Below, in pieces: positions 1 to 8,429 of a stretch of DNA of 32,000 nt. How positions within the stretch are numbered: position 1 is the stretch's first letter; each line of letters begins with the position of its first letter. This DNA comes from Candidatus Scalindua sp. Lineage in GTDB: Bacteria > Planctomycetota > Brocadiia > Brocadiales > Scalinduaceae. Under the pieces are notes generated by a model that made no database searches, was not told the origin of the DNA, and saw nothing but the letters and a program-made list of their open reading frames with translations. A program made the translations under genes and the position numbers. Location: positions 3,480,001-3,512,000 of the forward strand of contig JALDRA010000001.1 of assembly GCA_031316235.1 (NCBI GenBank), written 5' to 3'.

Positions 1-308
1 ATCTTGGTTAAGGTTGTACTCATATAGCCCTCCCGTACAAGGCTATCCAAAATATAGTATAAGAGTCAAATAAATATACTATATAAGCCTATTTGTCAAG
101 AAAAATCCATATTTTTCAGAGGCGAATTTGCCTTGAGTGGCGGGTATAGGGAAAAAGAGCATGAGGACATCTGTTGAATGGAGAAGGTAAAGACGCGGCG
201 GGATACGGCCTCTGTGTATCTGTTTCCGGTGGTTGCGGGATGAAAAGACTTGTTCTAAAATGTATAAACCATTGTTGCGACAGGTGTTGATCTCATGGTA
301 CGTCAGAT

Positions 309-445
309 TATACTAAAGCCGATTTGATTTTCGGTTTTACCGGAAACCAGATCCTGGTGGTATCCCCGGACAAAAAGCGTCGAGGACCTTACTCGCTCAA
401 ATTTATCTCGGATTTTATCCGAAATCCAGTATGAGATAAGTATAT
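309..445 (-). repeat. MITE-like structured intergenic repeat, copy A (inverted relative to copies B and E)
   Basis: The reverse complement reads atatacttatctcatactggatttcggataaaatcc ... ctttttgtccggggataccaccaggatctggttt ... aaatcggctttagtata. This is colinear with 3009-3133 and 31302-31446. Confidence 0.8.
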
Positions 446-521
446 ATACGCTTTTGATAGTTTAAAACGATGCCTGGTACTATGAAACGGATGGGGACAA
501 TTTGCAGGGGAGATGAGTTAA

Positions 522-556
522 GCTTCCGTCCCGTTTTATACGAGGGGGACGGAAGC
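522..556 (-). terminator. Hairpin downstream of the ferredoxin gene (putative terminator)
   Basis: Perfect 11-bp inverted repeat gcttccgtccc (522-532) / gggacggaagc (546-556), 39 nt past the ferredoxin stop on the - strand. The following T-tract is weak. Confidence 0.5.
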
Positions 557-594
557 CGTTTGCTTCAAGCTGCAGAGAGTCTGCTGCTCTCAAA

Positions 595-783
595 TTACTC
601 GTCAATGTTGATACATTCAACCGGACACTCTTCAGCGGCCTGCCTACAGGTCTCTTCCAGTTCAGCTGGGACATCGCCATCTTTTGCAACCGCAATATCA
701 CCATCCATCTCAAAGATTTCAGGACATGTCTGCGTACAGAGTTCGCAGCCAGTACATTCGTCAGCGTTAACGCTTGCCTTCAT
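595..783 (-). CDS. Small single-cluster [3Fe-4S]/[4Fe-4S] ferredoxin (62 aa)
   Basis: The ORF contains CTGCELCTQTCP ... ECPVECI cysteine motifs and is acidic. A ggagg SD lies upstream (rc of cctcc at 791-795). Confidence 0.85.
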   Translation of the reverse strand: MKASVNADECTGCELCTQTCPEIFEMDGDIAVAKDGDVPAELEETCRQAAEECPVECINIDE

Positions 784-877
784 AGTATTCCTCCAATTTA
801 ATAATAGTTACAAAACTCATTAAAGTAAGAAAATTAAACAAAAAATCAGTTACCATGATACGGAAAAAGAGATATTA

Positions 878-905
878 AATATAAAAGTTTGGGGTTAATT
901 GTCAA
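878..905 (-). promoter_or_regulatory. Candidate sigma70 promoter for the ferredoxin gene
   Basis: The - strand reads TTGACA (rc of 900-905), a 16-nt spacer, then TATATT (rc of 878-883). Confidence 0.4.
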
Positions 906-955
906 GCTTTTTATATTGTATTATTTTTAGGGAAATCTAAAGTATAAAATGGAAA

Positions 956-983
956 TTGACATATATGTATATCCACATATAAT
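956..983 (+). promoter_or_regulatory. Consensus sigma70 promoter overlapping a palindromic ArsR-type operator
   Basis: TTGACA (956-961), a 16-nt spacer, then TATAAT (978-983). The spacer holds the palindrome acatatatgt (959-968) and the inverted repeat atatgt(963-968)/acatat(975-980). The arsR ATG lies only 8 nt after the -10 box. Confidence 0.65.
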
Positions 984-991
984 AGGCTGAT

Positions 992-1345
992 ATGGTTGCC
1001 CCTGATATTTATTTTAAATGTCTTTCCGATGAAACACGCTTAAGAGCTATGATTCTCCTCTATCGGGAAGGAGAGCTCTGCGTATGTGAATTAACGTATG
1101 CCCTTAAATTATCACAACCAAAGATTTCAAGGCATCTTGCCCTGTTGCGGCAATGCGGTCTCTTACATGATAGAAGAGAAGGACAATGGGTCTATTACAA
1201 AGTGAACCGGGGCCTGCCTGCCTGGTCACTGGAGGTTCTGGAGGTAGTGACACGGGAATTTAACAAGAGTAAGCACTATGAGGAGGACCAATTACGATTG
1301 CAATCAATGAAAGGCCGCCCCAGCGCTGCGATATGCTGCAGCTGA
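992..1345 (+). CDS. arsR: ArsR/SmtB-family metalloregulatory repressor
   Basis: Winged-HTH ArsR signature with the metal-binding motif ELCVCEL, followed by LSQPKISRHLALLRQCGLL. It lies next to acr3. Confidence 0.9.
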   Translation: MVAPDIYFKCLSDETRLRAMILLYREGELCVCELTYALKLSQPKISRHLALLRQCGLLHDRREGQWVYYKVNRGLPAWSLEVLEVVTREFNKSKHYEEDQLRLQSMKGRPSAAICCS

Positions 1346-1359
1346 TTTTTTTTATTTTT
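1321..1359 (+). terminator. Rho-independent terminator overlapping the arsR stop codon
   Basis: Stem cagcgctgc (1321-1329) / gcagctg (1338-1344) with a one-nt bulge, followed by attttttttattttt. Confidence 0.7.
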
Positions 1360-1362
1360 CTG

Positions 1363-1392
1363 CATATGTATATATGTATGTGCGTATATAAC
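1363..1392 (+). promoter_or_regulatory. Second ArsR-operator-like AT palindrome / promoter region ahead of arsC'-acr3
   Basis: The 10-mer atatgtatat (1364-1373) is identical to 963-972 in the arsR promoter. A tatata/tataac -10-like box lies at 1385-1392. No good -35 box was found. Confidence 0.45.
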
Positions 1393-1406
1393 TCAGTGTA
1401 GGGATA

Positions 1407-1589
1407 ATGCAGGATATGGTAACCATACTGATCCTCTGTACCGGCAATTCCTGTCGGAGTATTCTTGGAGAAGCTCTCCTTAATCATTTGGGGAAAGGGT
1501 GTGTCGAGGCCTTTTCTGCAGGCAGCCACTCAACCGGACATGTCAATGAAATAGGAATGATGGACAGTGTTAAAAAGGAACAACAATGA
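1407..1589 (+). pseudogene. arsC: Truncated LMW-PTP-type arsenate reductase (N-terminal ~45 aa conserved only)
   Basis: The ORF has the P-loop ILCTGNSCRS and the SAGS..G motif, then diverges and stops at 60 aa. Full-length enzymes are about 130-140 aa, and the downstream redox cysteines are missing. Confidence 0.7.
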
Positions 1590-2746
1590 TGGAGAAGAGA
1601 CATGGTATGGGATTTTTTGAGCGTTATCTGACTATCTGGGTAGGTCTGTGCATCGCGGTTGGTATCATAATAGATAAAATTGTGCCGAATTTTGCAAAAA
1701 CGCTTGATGGACTGAATATTGATGTTAATGGTGCACCTGTTGTTTCTATTCCCATTGCTGTCTGTCTCTTTTTCATGATGTACCCTATTATGGTCAAGAT
1801 TGATTTTGCCGGGGTGGTAAAGGCAGGGAAGGGAATTAAACCCGTGGGGTTGACGCTGTTTGTCAATTGGGCAATTAAACCTTTTACCATGTACGCGATA
1901 GCCTACGCGTTTCTCGGCCTCTTATTCCGTCAGTTTATTGGACCGGATGCACTGGATTATATCAAAATACCCTTTGGACTTGATCTGCCGTTAGGGGGAG
2001 AATACGGGTCGGGAACGGTTGTCATGCACGGAGGTATAAAGATGGTGGCCGTGCCTTTGTGGAGGAGTTATCTCGCAGGTTGTATCTTATTGGGTGCTGC
2101 TCCATGTACTGCAATGGTATTGGTCTGGGGATATTTAGCGAAAGGCAACGAGGGTCTCACTCTCGTAATGGTAGCGATAAACTCACTCGTAATGCTGTTT
2201 CTCTTCGGGCCAATCGGGGGATTTTTGCTGGGTGTAGGCAAATTGCCTGTACCCTGGGAGGCATTATTATTGTCTGTGGGAGTCTACGTAGCGCTACCTC
2301 TATTGACAGGGTTTGTGTCCAGAAAATGGATTATCTTAAGAAATGGGCAAGAGTGGTTTGAGGAAAAATTTTTGTATCTTCTTACACCAATCACGATCAC
2401 GGCACTCTTATTAACGTTGATCCTGCTCTTTTCATTGAAAGGGGCAGTCATTATGACAAATCCATTAACCATTCTATGGATTGCGATCCCGCTTTCGGTC
2501 CAGACGATGGTTATTTTTTCAATTACCTATTCTGCTGCAAGGATTATGAACCTCTCATATGAAAACGCAGCGCCAAGTGCCATGATCGGAGCTTCGAATC
2601 ACTTTGAAGTAGCGATTGCAACAGCAGTAATGTTGTTTGGTTTATCTTCCGGTGCTGCTCTGGCAACAGTTGTTGGTGTGTTAATTGAAGTTCCGCTGAT
2701 GCTGGCGTTAGTAGGGTTTTGTAAAAGAACCAGGCATTGGTTTTAG
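1586..2746 (+). CDS. acr3: ACR3-family arsenite efflux permease
   Basis: A 386-aa polytopic membrane protein with an N-terminus [17 protein letters not shown] typical of Acr3. Its ATGA overlaps the arsC remnant, and it sits in ars context. Confidence 0.9.
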   Translation: MMEKRHGMGFFERYLTIWVGLCIAVGIIIDKIVPNFAKTLDGLNIDVNGAPVVSIPIAVCLFFMMYPIMVKIDFAGVVKAGKGIKPVGLTLFVNWAIKPFTMYAIAYAFLGLLFRQFIGPDALDYIKIPFGLDLPLGGEYGSGTVVMHGGIKMVAVPLWRSYLAGCILLGAAPCTAMVLVWGYLAKGNEGLTLVMVAINSLVMLFLFGPIGGFLLGVGKLPVPWEALLLSVGVYVALPLLTGFVSRKWIILRNGQEWFEEKFLYLLTPITITALLLTLILLFSLKGAVIMTNPLTILWIAIPLSVQTMVIFSITYSAARIMNLSYENAAPSAMIGASNHFEVAIATAVMLFGLSSGAALATVVGVLIEVPLMLALVGFCKRTRHWF

Positions 2747-3008
2747 AGGGTTACGATGCTTTTTCATAGATACTTTTAGCCTTTTAGCTTTCAATAATTT
2801 TCACAAACAGGATAGATTGGGCAGCTACATCCATGGTTCGTTGCGGTCGCCTGAATTATCAAGCTCAGGGTGATGTATACAATACCAGGCTATTTTTTCC
2901 TGAACCCTTACCTCTCGGTTTAAGCAGTAATTTTTTTCTTGAAACCCAAATTTACTACTGCTAGCATAAAAAAGCGCTTCAGCAGCCGGGTATCAGGTAT
3001 TGTTATTT

Positions 3009-3133
3009 TATGCTCATCGTATTATGGTTTTCGGATAAAATCCGGGGAAAGTCCTCGGGACTTTTTGTCCGGGGATACCAGCAACCAGGCTTTGGTGGTT
3101 AGAAAAATCTAAAACCAGATCGGTTTTAGTATA
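3009..3133 (+). repeat. MITE-like structured intergenic repeat, copy B
   Basis: Sequence: tatgctcatcgtattatggttttcggataaaatccgggg-aaagtcctcgggacttt-ttgtccggggataccagcaaccaggctttggtggttagaaaaatctaaaaccagatcggttttagtata. It shares the same conserved blocks as copies A and E. Confidence 0.8.
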
Positions 3134-3159
3134 GAACGTTGTTTGTTTGAGGAGAGTAT

Positions 3160-4050
3160 ATGACTTATCGCATTTTTTTTCTATCATTCTTTCTGTTCAT
3201 GACCGTATCTTTGCGGGTTTCCGGTGATGGGATGAGGTTGGTAAACTTTGAAGAAGAAATTGATGTCAAGATCCTTGAATTGAATGAAAACTTCATCAAG
3301 GCGAGGATTTATGATAAAGATGTTGTGTCGGTAACGATAAGATCGGAGCAGGATAACCAGTATCCGGATGCCGTTATCATTGACGTCAAGGGAAAGAGAC
3401 ATAAGGTAGTTTGTAAGATTGTTGAAGTGAGCAAGAGAACCGGAGGAGTTACGGTAATGGTCCAGCGGAACGACGTTTCCTCAATTCAGATTGTCTTTGA
3501 TCGCGATCACGATGTTCGTGATAATCAGATGCCTATCGTCGATACAGACGAAGAAAACCAACAAAAATCACCCATTGATCCCGATAGATTGCGAGAACAG
3601 ATAAAGGAGGAGTTGATATCAGAACTTGAGAAAAAAGAGGTGAGAGAGGATGTGGCGATTGAAGAAATGAAAGAGGAGTTAAGGATTGAATTTGAGGAGC
3701 GGGAGCAGAAAAAAGAAAAGTTGATTGAGGAGAGCAGTTTTGGTGATGTAAAAGGCCGAATGCTTTTTAAAGGTAGACCATTAAGCGGTTGTCAGGTAAA
3801 GATAATGATGTTAGAAAAATGGGGGATTTTGGGAGGTGTGAAGGAAGGGATAGAATTTGAAACGATTACGGGTGAAGACGGTCGTTATCATTTTGCAAAA
3901 ATCCCACCGGGTGGATATAAGTTATACTGGAAACCACCCGGCGAAATTTCCTGGATCAGGAAGATGAAGATGGAACCAGATTTTTATGTTGAAGTTGGTG
4001 AGACCTCTTATACCCCTGACAGGGAAACAAATGTTCGAACTGCAAATTAG
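3160..4050 (+). CDS. Secreted hypothetical protein with an acidic coiled-coil middle and a carboxypeptidase-regulatory-like C-terminal beta domain
   Basis: N-terminal signal peptide (FFLSFFLFMTVSL), an E/K-rich segment, and a C-terminal GRMLFKGRPLSGCQV...GEDGRYHFAKIPPGGYKLYW motif. A gaggag SD lies upstream. Confidence 0.7.
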   Translation: MTYRIFFLSFFLFMTVSLRVSGDGMRLVNFEEEIDVKILELNENFIKARIYDKDVVSVTIRSEQDNQYPDAVIIDVKGKRHKVVCKIVEVSKRTGGVTVMVQRNDVSSIQIVFDRDHDVRDNQMPIVDTDEENQQKSPIDPDRLREQIKEELISELEKKEVREDVAIEEMKEELRIEFEEREQKKEKLIEESSFGDVKGRMLFKGRPLSGCQVKIMMLEKWGILGGVKEGIEFETITGEDGRYHFAKIPPGGYKLYWKPPGEISWIRKMKMEPDFYVEVGETSYTPDRETNVRTAN

Positions 4051-4255
4051 GAGTTGTTGAACAATAACCTGATCTATCAGTGCTCAGGTTTAGAGCAGGT
4101 TTGGATGAAAGATTGAACTATATAATTCTGTATGGTATGGTAAAGTATCTGTTTCGGTACGGTGATCCATGCGGTGAAGGGGTATAACTACCACGTAAGT
4201 GGGGCGTTGTGGAGAGAAGCATGAATGGGAAAATTGTAACCGTATTACCTGAAGG

Positions 4256-5317
4256 GTGCAGGTTAAAATGAAAGACGTCCTGATTAACAGGAAATATATT
4301 GGCACTTTTTGTAATAATCTTAAGGATTCATTCAAAGTCTACGGAGTAAGGGAGAAGGAAGACGGATGCTATGTCTTTGACGAAATTGATGAGTTCTCTG
4401 ACCCTTTGGAAAAGTACATACCAACCATTCTTCCTCCCAAGAAATATCTTTTCCCTCAACAGGAAACGCTGTTGCGTTTCGAAACCGCGCCACATCTGGA
4501 CATAAAGACAGTTATTGAGGCTCAAAAACAGGTACTCTTCGGCGTAAGACCCTGTGACATCCATGGAATAAGTCTGCTGGACAAGATATTTGCAACTGAT
4601 AACGAAGACAGCAACTATCTCCAAAAAAGGGCCAATACGGTAATTATCGGCATTGACTGCATGGAGCCTTGCTACGAGCATGCTCACTGTGCAAGTGTCG
4701 GTTGTCTTGATATAGATGACGGTTATGATATTATGATGACCGCCATAGGCAATGATTTCTTTACGTCTGTGAAAACACGGCAGGGAGAGGAAATAGTAAA
4801 AAGGTACGCTGAATATACCGTTGCAGGCACCGAAGATATCGAGAGATTCCTGAAACTGAGGGATGATCGACAGGGCAGATTCGATAATAAGATAAAGACA
4901 GATGTGTCCAATCTGCCTCTTTTTTTTAAAAATGCTGACAATGACCCCATTTGGGAAGAATTAAATGAGAGATGTCTTGGATGTGGACGCTGCAATATCG
5001 TCTGCCCGACTTGCTATTGCTTCGATGTCTACGATTGTATGGATTTAACTATGACATCAGGAGAGAGGTGTCGTGTGTGGGATGCATGTACCCTGAAAGA
5101 TTTTGCAGTTGTGTCTACCGGGGAAAACTTCAGGCCGACAAGGGGGCTGAGATTAAGACACAGGTTTAACAGAAAGTTTAATTACCTGATGACAAAGTAT
5201 AATACCTCTTTCTGTGTAGGATGCGGAAGGTGTACGAGATCATGTCCGGTTCATATTGATGTTGTAGAGACAGTTAATGCCGTAATAAAAAACAAGAGAA
5301 ACAATGAAAAACAATAA
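4256..5317 (+). CDS. hydB: Group 3b [NiFe] hydrogenase (sulfhydrogenase) beta subunit, 4Fe-4S protein (AsrA-like)
   Basis: Two ferredoxin-type motifs, CLGCGRCNIVCPTC and CVGCGRCTRSCPV. Size and position are as in hydBGDA operons. The ATG at 4268 is a likelier start than the GTG at 4256. Confidence 0.85.
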   Translation: MQVKMKDVLINRKYIGTFCNNLKDSFKVYGVREKEDGCYVFDEIDEFSDPLEKYIPTILPPKKYLFPQQETLLRFETAPHLDIKTVIEAQKQVLFGVRPCDIHGISLLDKIFATDNEDSNYLQKRANTVIIGIDCMEPCYEHAHCASVGCLDIDDGYDIMMTAIGNDFFTSVKTRQGEEIVKRYAEYTVAGTEDIERFLKLRDDRQGRFDNKIKTDVSNLPLFFKNADNDPIWEELNERCLGCGRCNIVCPTCYCFDVYDCMDLTMTSGERCRVWDACTLKDFAVVSTGENFRPTRGLRLRHRFNRKFNYLMTKYNTSFCVGCGRCTRSCPVHIDVVETVNAVIKNKRNNEKQ

Positions 5318-6131
5318 TTCCATATTTCTGCCTGAAATTGCCGAGGTTGTAAGTACACGGCAGCTTACGGAAATGGAGAAGTATATTGAATTAAAGATAA
5401 AAAATTCAGCAGAGTTCAATTTTAATCCGGGACAGTTTATACAGATTTCTGTCTTCGGCATAGGTGAAGCCCCTATATCAATATCTTCCTCACCTTTTAA
5501 CAGAGATACTATTGGTTTATGTGTCAGAAAGGTAGGAGACGTTACTTCTGCTATCCATAAATTGGAAACAGGTTCATACCTCGGTATCAGAGGACCGCTG
5601 GGGAATGGTTTCCCTGTCGACAAAATGAAAAACAAGGATATAGTATTTATTGCCGGGGGACTGGGATTAGCGCCTTTACGTTCACTGATAAAATATGTCC
5701 TTGAGAAAAGGGATGACTTTGCCAGGCTAACTATTCTGTACGGAGCAAAAAGTCCTGGGGAGATACTATTTGCGGATGAACTTGAGTTCTGGAAACAGAG
5801 AGAAGATATGGACGTGTATATGACGGTTGATAAGCCGGATCATAGCTGGTCAGGCAAGTCGGGAGTTATCACGAGGCTTATTCCTCATCTGGATCTGGAA
5901 CCGTCTAATACCTATGCAGTGGTTGTCGGGCCTCCGGTTATGTATAAATATGTTCTGCTTGAGCTCCAGATTAAACAGATACCAGAAGAGAATATTATCA
6001 TGTCATTGGAAAGGCGTATGAAGTGTGGTGTCGGGAAATGCGGGCACTGTCAAATTAACGGCATTTACGTCTGTCTTGAAGGGCCGGAATTCAGTTATCG
6101 TACATTAAAATTTCTTTCGGAAGCCATATGA
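5304..6131 (+). CDS. hydG: Group 3b hydrogenase gamma subunit, FAD/NAD(P)-binding with C-terminal [2Fe-2S] (AsrB-like)
   Basis: Contains the GGLGLAPL dinucleotide-binding motif and C-terminal MKCGVGKCGHCQ. It overlaps the beta gene by 14 nt. Confidence 0.85.
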   Translation: MKNNNSIFLPEIAEVVSTRQLTEMEKYIELKIKNSAEFNFNPGQFIQISVFGIGEAPISISSSPFNRDTIGLCVRKVGDVTSAIHKLETGSYLGIRGPLGNGFPVDKMKNKDIVFIAGGLGLAPLRSLIKYVLEKRDDFARLTILYGAKSPGEILFADELEFWKQREDMDVYMTVDKPDHSWSGKSGVITRLIPHLDLEPSNTYAVVVGPPVMYKYVLLELQIKQIPEENIIMSLERRMKCGVGKCGHCQINGIYVCLEGPEFSYRTLKFLSEAI

Positions 6132-6871
6132 GTAAACCAAGAGTAGCTTTTTTCTCATTTTCAAGTTGTGAAGGGTGCCAATTAGTAATACTCACCCTTG
6201 AAGAACAACTTCTTGAGCTTGCGAAATTGATAGACATTGTTTCATTCAGGGAGGCCATGAGTGAAAAGAGTGATGAGTACGACATCGCATTTGTAGAGGG
6301 AAGTATTACGAGGACTTCTGAAATAGAAAGGCTTGAGGCCATACGTGAAAAGGCAAAAATAGTTATCGCCCTTGGGGCATGTGCCACTATTGGCGGTATT
6401 AACTGTCTGAAGAATCAATTTGAAATGAAAACTGTACAGAATATTGTTTACGGTAAGATGACCGAGGAATTTGATACCATCCCGGCAAGGCCAATCGAAG
6501 CCGTAATCAAGGTAGACTATCTGATACACGGATGCCCCATAGATAAGGATGAGTTTATTGAGGTTACCAAGGCTTTATTACTTGATAAAAAGCCTCGTAT
6601 CCCCGATTATCCTGTATGTGTTGAATGTCAGATGAAGGAAAATGTCTGTCTTTTTGAAAAAGGTATGGTTTGCCTCGGGCCAGTGACAAGAGCTGGCTGT
6701 AAGGCCGTATGTCCTACCTATAATGATGGGTGCGTTGGCTGCCGAGGCCTGATAGATGACCCGAACCTCTCTTCACACAAGAATCTGTTGAGCGAACACG
6801 GATTGACAGTGGATGAAGCTATCTCTCAATACCTGCTCTTTGGCGGAAACAGCAAAGAGAAGTATACATAA
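6128..6871 (+). CDS. hydD: Group 3b [NiFe] hydrogenase delta (small) subunit
   Basis: N-terminal FSFSSCEGCQ proximal-cluster motif and further Cys clusters (CVECQ, CLGPVTRAGCKAVCP, CVGC). Its start forms an ATGA overlap with the gamma gene. Confidence 0.85.
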   Translation: MSKPRVAFFSFSSCEGCQLVILTLEEQLLELAKLIDIVSFREAMSEKSDEYDIAFVEGSITRTSEIERLEAIREKAKIVIALGACATIGGINCLKNQFEMKTVQNIVYGKMTEEFDTIPARPIEAVIKVDYLIHGCPIDKDEFIEVTKALLLDKKPRIPDYPVCVECQMKENVCLFEKGMVCLGPVTRAGCKAVCPTYNDGCVGCRGLIDDPNLSSHKNLLSEHGLTVDEAISQYLLFGGNSKEKYT

Positions 6872-6941
6872 ATATTGAGGTCTGATTCCCACCTGGTTTG
6901 AAGTGCCGGAATGAGAATTGTGTCGGTAACTACCGGGTTTC

Positions 6942-6966
6942 GAGAATGAACAGCTTGTTTGTTCTC
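6942..6966 (+). promoter_or_regulatory. Strong RNA hairpin inside the hydD-hydA spacer
   Basis: gagaatgaaca-gct-tgtttgttctc forms an 11-bp stem that includes two G-U pairs. No U-tract follows. Confidence 0.4.
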
Positions 6967-7085
6967 AAAATCCGCGTGGCAGCAAGTAAGTGAAAACGGG
7001 AAAAAATTTTTGATTTGTACAGTTTTTTTGTAAAACCTGCCCGGCCATAAGGCCGTTCGAACTGGCAAAACCAGAAAGTTAGCGA

Positions 7086-7117
7086 CCCGCCCGTACCAAA
7101 CGGTACGTTCGGGTGGG
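7086..7117 (+). promoter_or_regulatory. Compound hairpin immediately upstream of the hydA SD
   Basis: cccgcccg-tacc-aaac-ggta-cgtt-cgggtggg. The SD aagggag at 7121-7127 and the ATG at 7137 follow directly. Confidence 0.4.
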
Positions 7118-7136
7118 CTGAAGGGAGCTGAATCTC

Positions 7137-8429
7137 ATGCATGATTTTCATGTTGATATTGAACATATAACACGGGTTGAAGGGCACGGAAACATCGTGA
7201 TAGACGTCAAAGGTGGTAAGATCAGAACACTCAGGATGGACATAGTTGAGTCTCCACGTTTTTTTGAGGCAATGGCACTTGGAAGAACGTACCGCGAGGT
7301 AGCACATATTACGTCACGCATATGCGGTATATGCGCCGTGACTCATACCACAACCTCAATAAAGGCGATAGAGTCTGCACTTGGATTTGAACCATCATTA
7401 CAGACGGTTCGATTGAGAAAACTATTGCTTAACGCCGAATTTATTCAAAGTCACATCCTTCATGTTTATTTCTTGACAGCACCGGATTTCTTCAGAGCAG
7501 GCAGTGTATTTGGTATGGTGAAAGACAACAAAGACGACGTCTTAAGAGGCATGCGTCTTAAAAACCTTGCCAACGATTTATGCGCATTGGTTGGCGGCAG
7601 GCACATTCACCCTATTACGTTGAAAATAGGAAGTTTTTCTAAAAACCCTGAACCCAAAGCACTGTCGGCATTCAAACAAAGGATTGAGGATTCAAGACAT
7701 GAGATGGATGAAACCGTAAAATTCTTCAAGAATCTTAAAACCCCTGAATTTGAAAGAGAAACAGAGTATATCTCACTTACGAAACCAGATGAATACGCCC
7801 TGTACGACGGCAAAATAAAATCAAGTGACTGCGGTGAGACAGAAACATCAGAATATCTTGACAGGGTAAAGGAGTTTATGGTCCCTCACTCTACATCAAA
7901 ACACGCAAAATCAAATAGAGATTCCTATATGGTCGGAGCACTTGCAAGATTTAACAACAACTATGATCAATTGCACCCCAAGGCCAAAGAAGGAGCAGCG
8001 GATATGGGACTGCGGCATCCATGTTACAATCCGTATATGAATAACATTGCACAGGTAGTTGAAACAATACATTGCTTTGAAGACAGTATCCGCCTGATTG
8101 ATGAGCTCATTTCAGCAGGCTTGCAAGACGAAAAGATAGAAATGAAACCTAAAAAGGGGAGAGGTGTAGGGGCTACAGAAGCCCCAAGAGGTACTTTATA
8201 TCATGAACACAAACTTGATGAGAATGGCAAGATCACTTACGCTAATTATATTATCCCAACCGGTCAGAATCTTGCAAATATACAAAACGACCTTAAGTCC
8301 ATTGTGCCGACAATACTGAATAAACAGAAGGAAGACATAATAGCTGACATTGAAATGCTTGTAAGGGCTTACGATCCTTGTATCTCGTGCGCTACACATC
8401 TTATGAAGGTAGAGTTTGTGAATGAATGA
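7137..8429 (+). CDS. hydA: Group 3b [NiFe] hydrogenase alpha (large, catalytic) subunit
   Basis: Contains the N-terminal Ni-binding motif RICGICAVTH and the C-terminal motif DPCISCATH. Confidence 0.95.
   Translation: MHDFHVDIEHITRVEGHGNIVIDVKGGKIRTLRMDIVESPRFFEAMALGRTYREVAHITSRICGICAVTHTTTSIKAIESALGFEPSLQTVRLRKLLLNAEFIQSHILHVYFLTAPDFFRAGSVFGMVKDNKDDVLRGMRLKNLANDLCALVGGRHIHPITLKIGSFSKNPEPKALSAFKQRIEDSRHEMDETVKFFKNLKTPEFERETEYISLTKPDEYALYDGKIKSSDCGETETSEYLDRVKEFMVPHSTSKHAKSNRDSYMVGALARFNNNYDQLHPKAKEGAADMGLRHPCYNPYMNNIAQVVETIHCFEDSIRLIDELISAGLQDEKIEMKPKKGRGVGATEAPRGTLYHEHKLDENGKITYANYIIPTGQNLANIQNDLKSIVPTILNKQKEDIIADIEMLVRAYDPCISCATHLMKVEFVNE

Noticed and set aside
470-823. 117-aa + strand ORF (and the 480-713 - strand ORF) overlapping the ferredoxin gene
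   Set aside because: These are shadow ORFs antisense to, or out of frame with, a well-supported ferredoxin CDS. Their composition is low-complexity Ser/Ala-rich and they carry no motifs.
4290-4320. tggcactttttgtaat as a sigma54 -24/-12 promoter, along with other GG-N10-GC candidates near 11180, 26420 and 31365
   Set aside because: Either the TTGC element is missing or the GG-to-GC spacing is off by one or more nt. The 4300 site also lies inside the hydB coding region.
7040-7070. tRNA-like gttcgaa (T-loop-like) sequence in the hydD-hydA spacer
   Set aside because: The flanking bases cannot form a T-stem (ggccg / tggca), and no acceptor or anticodon arms are present.
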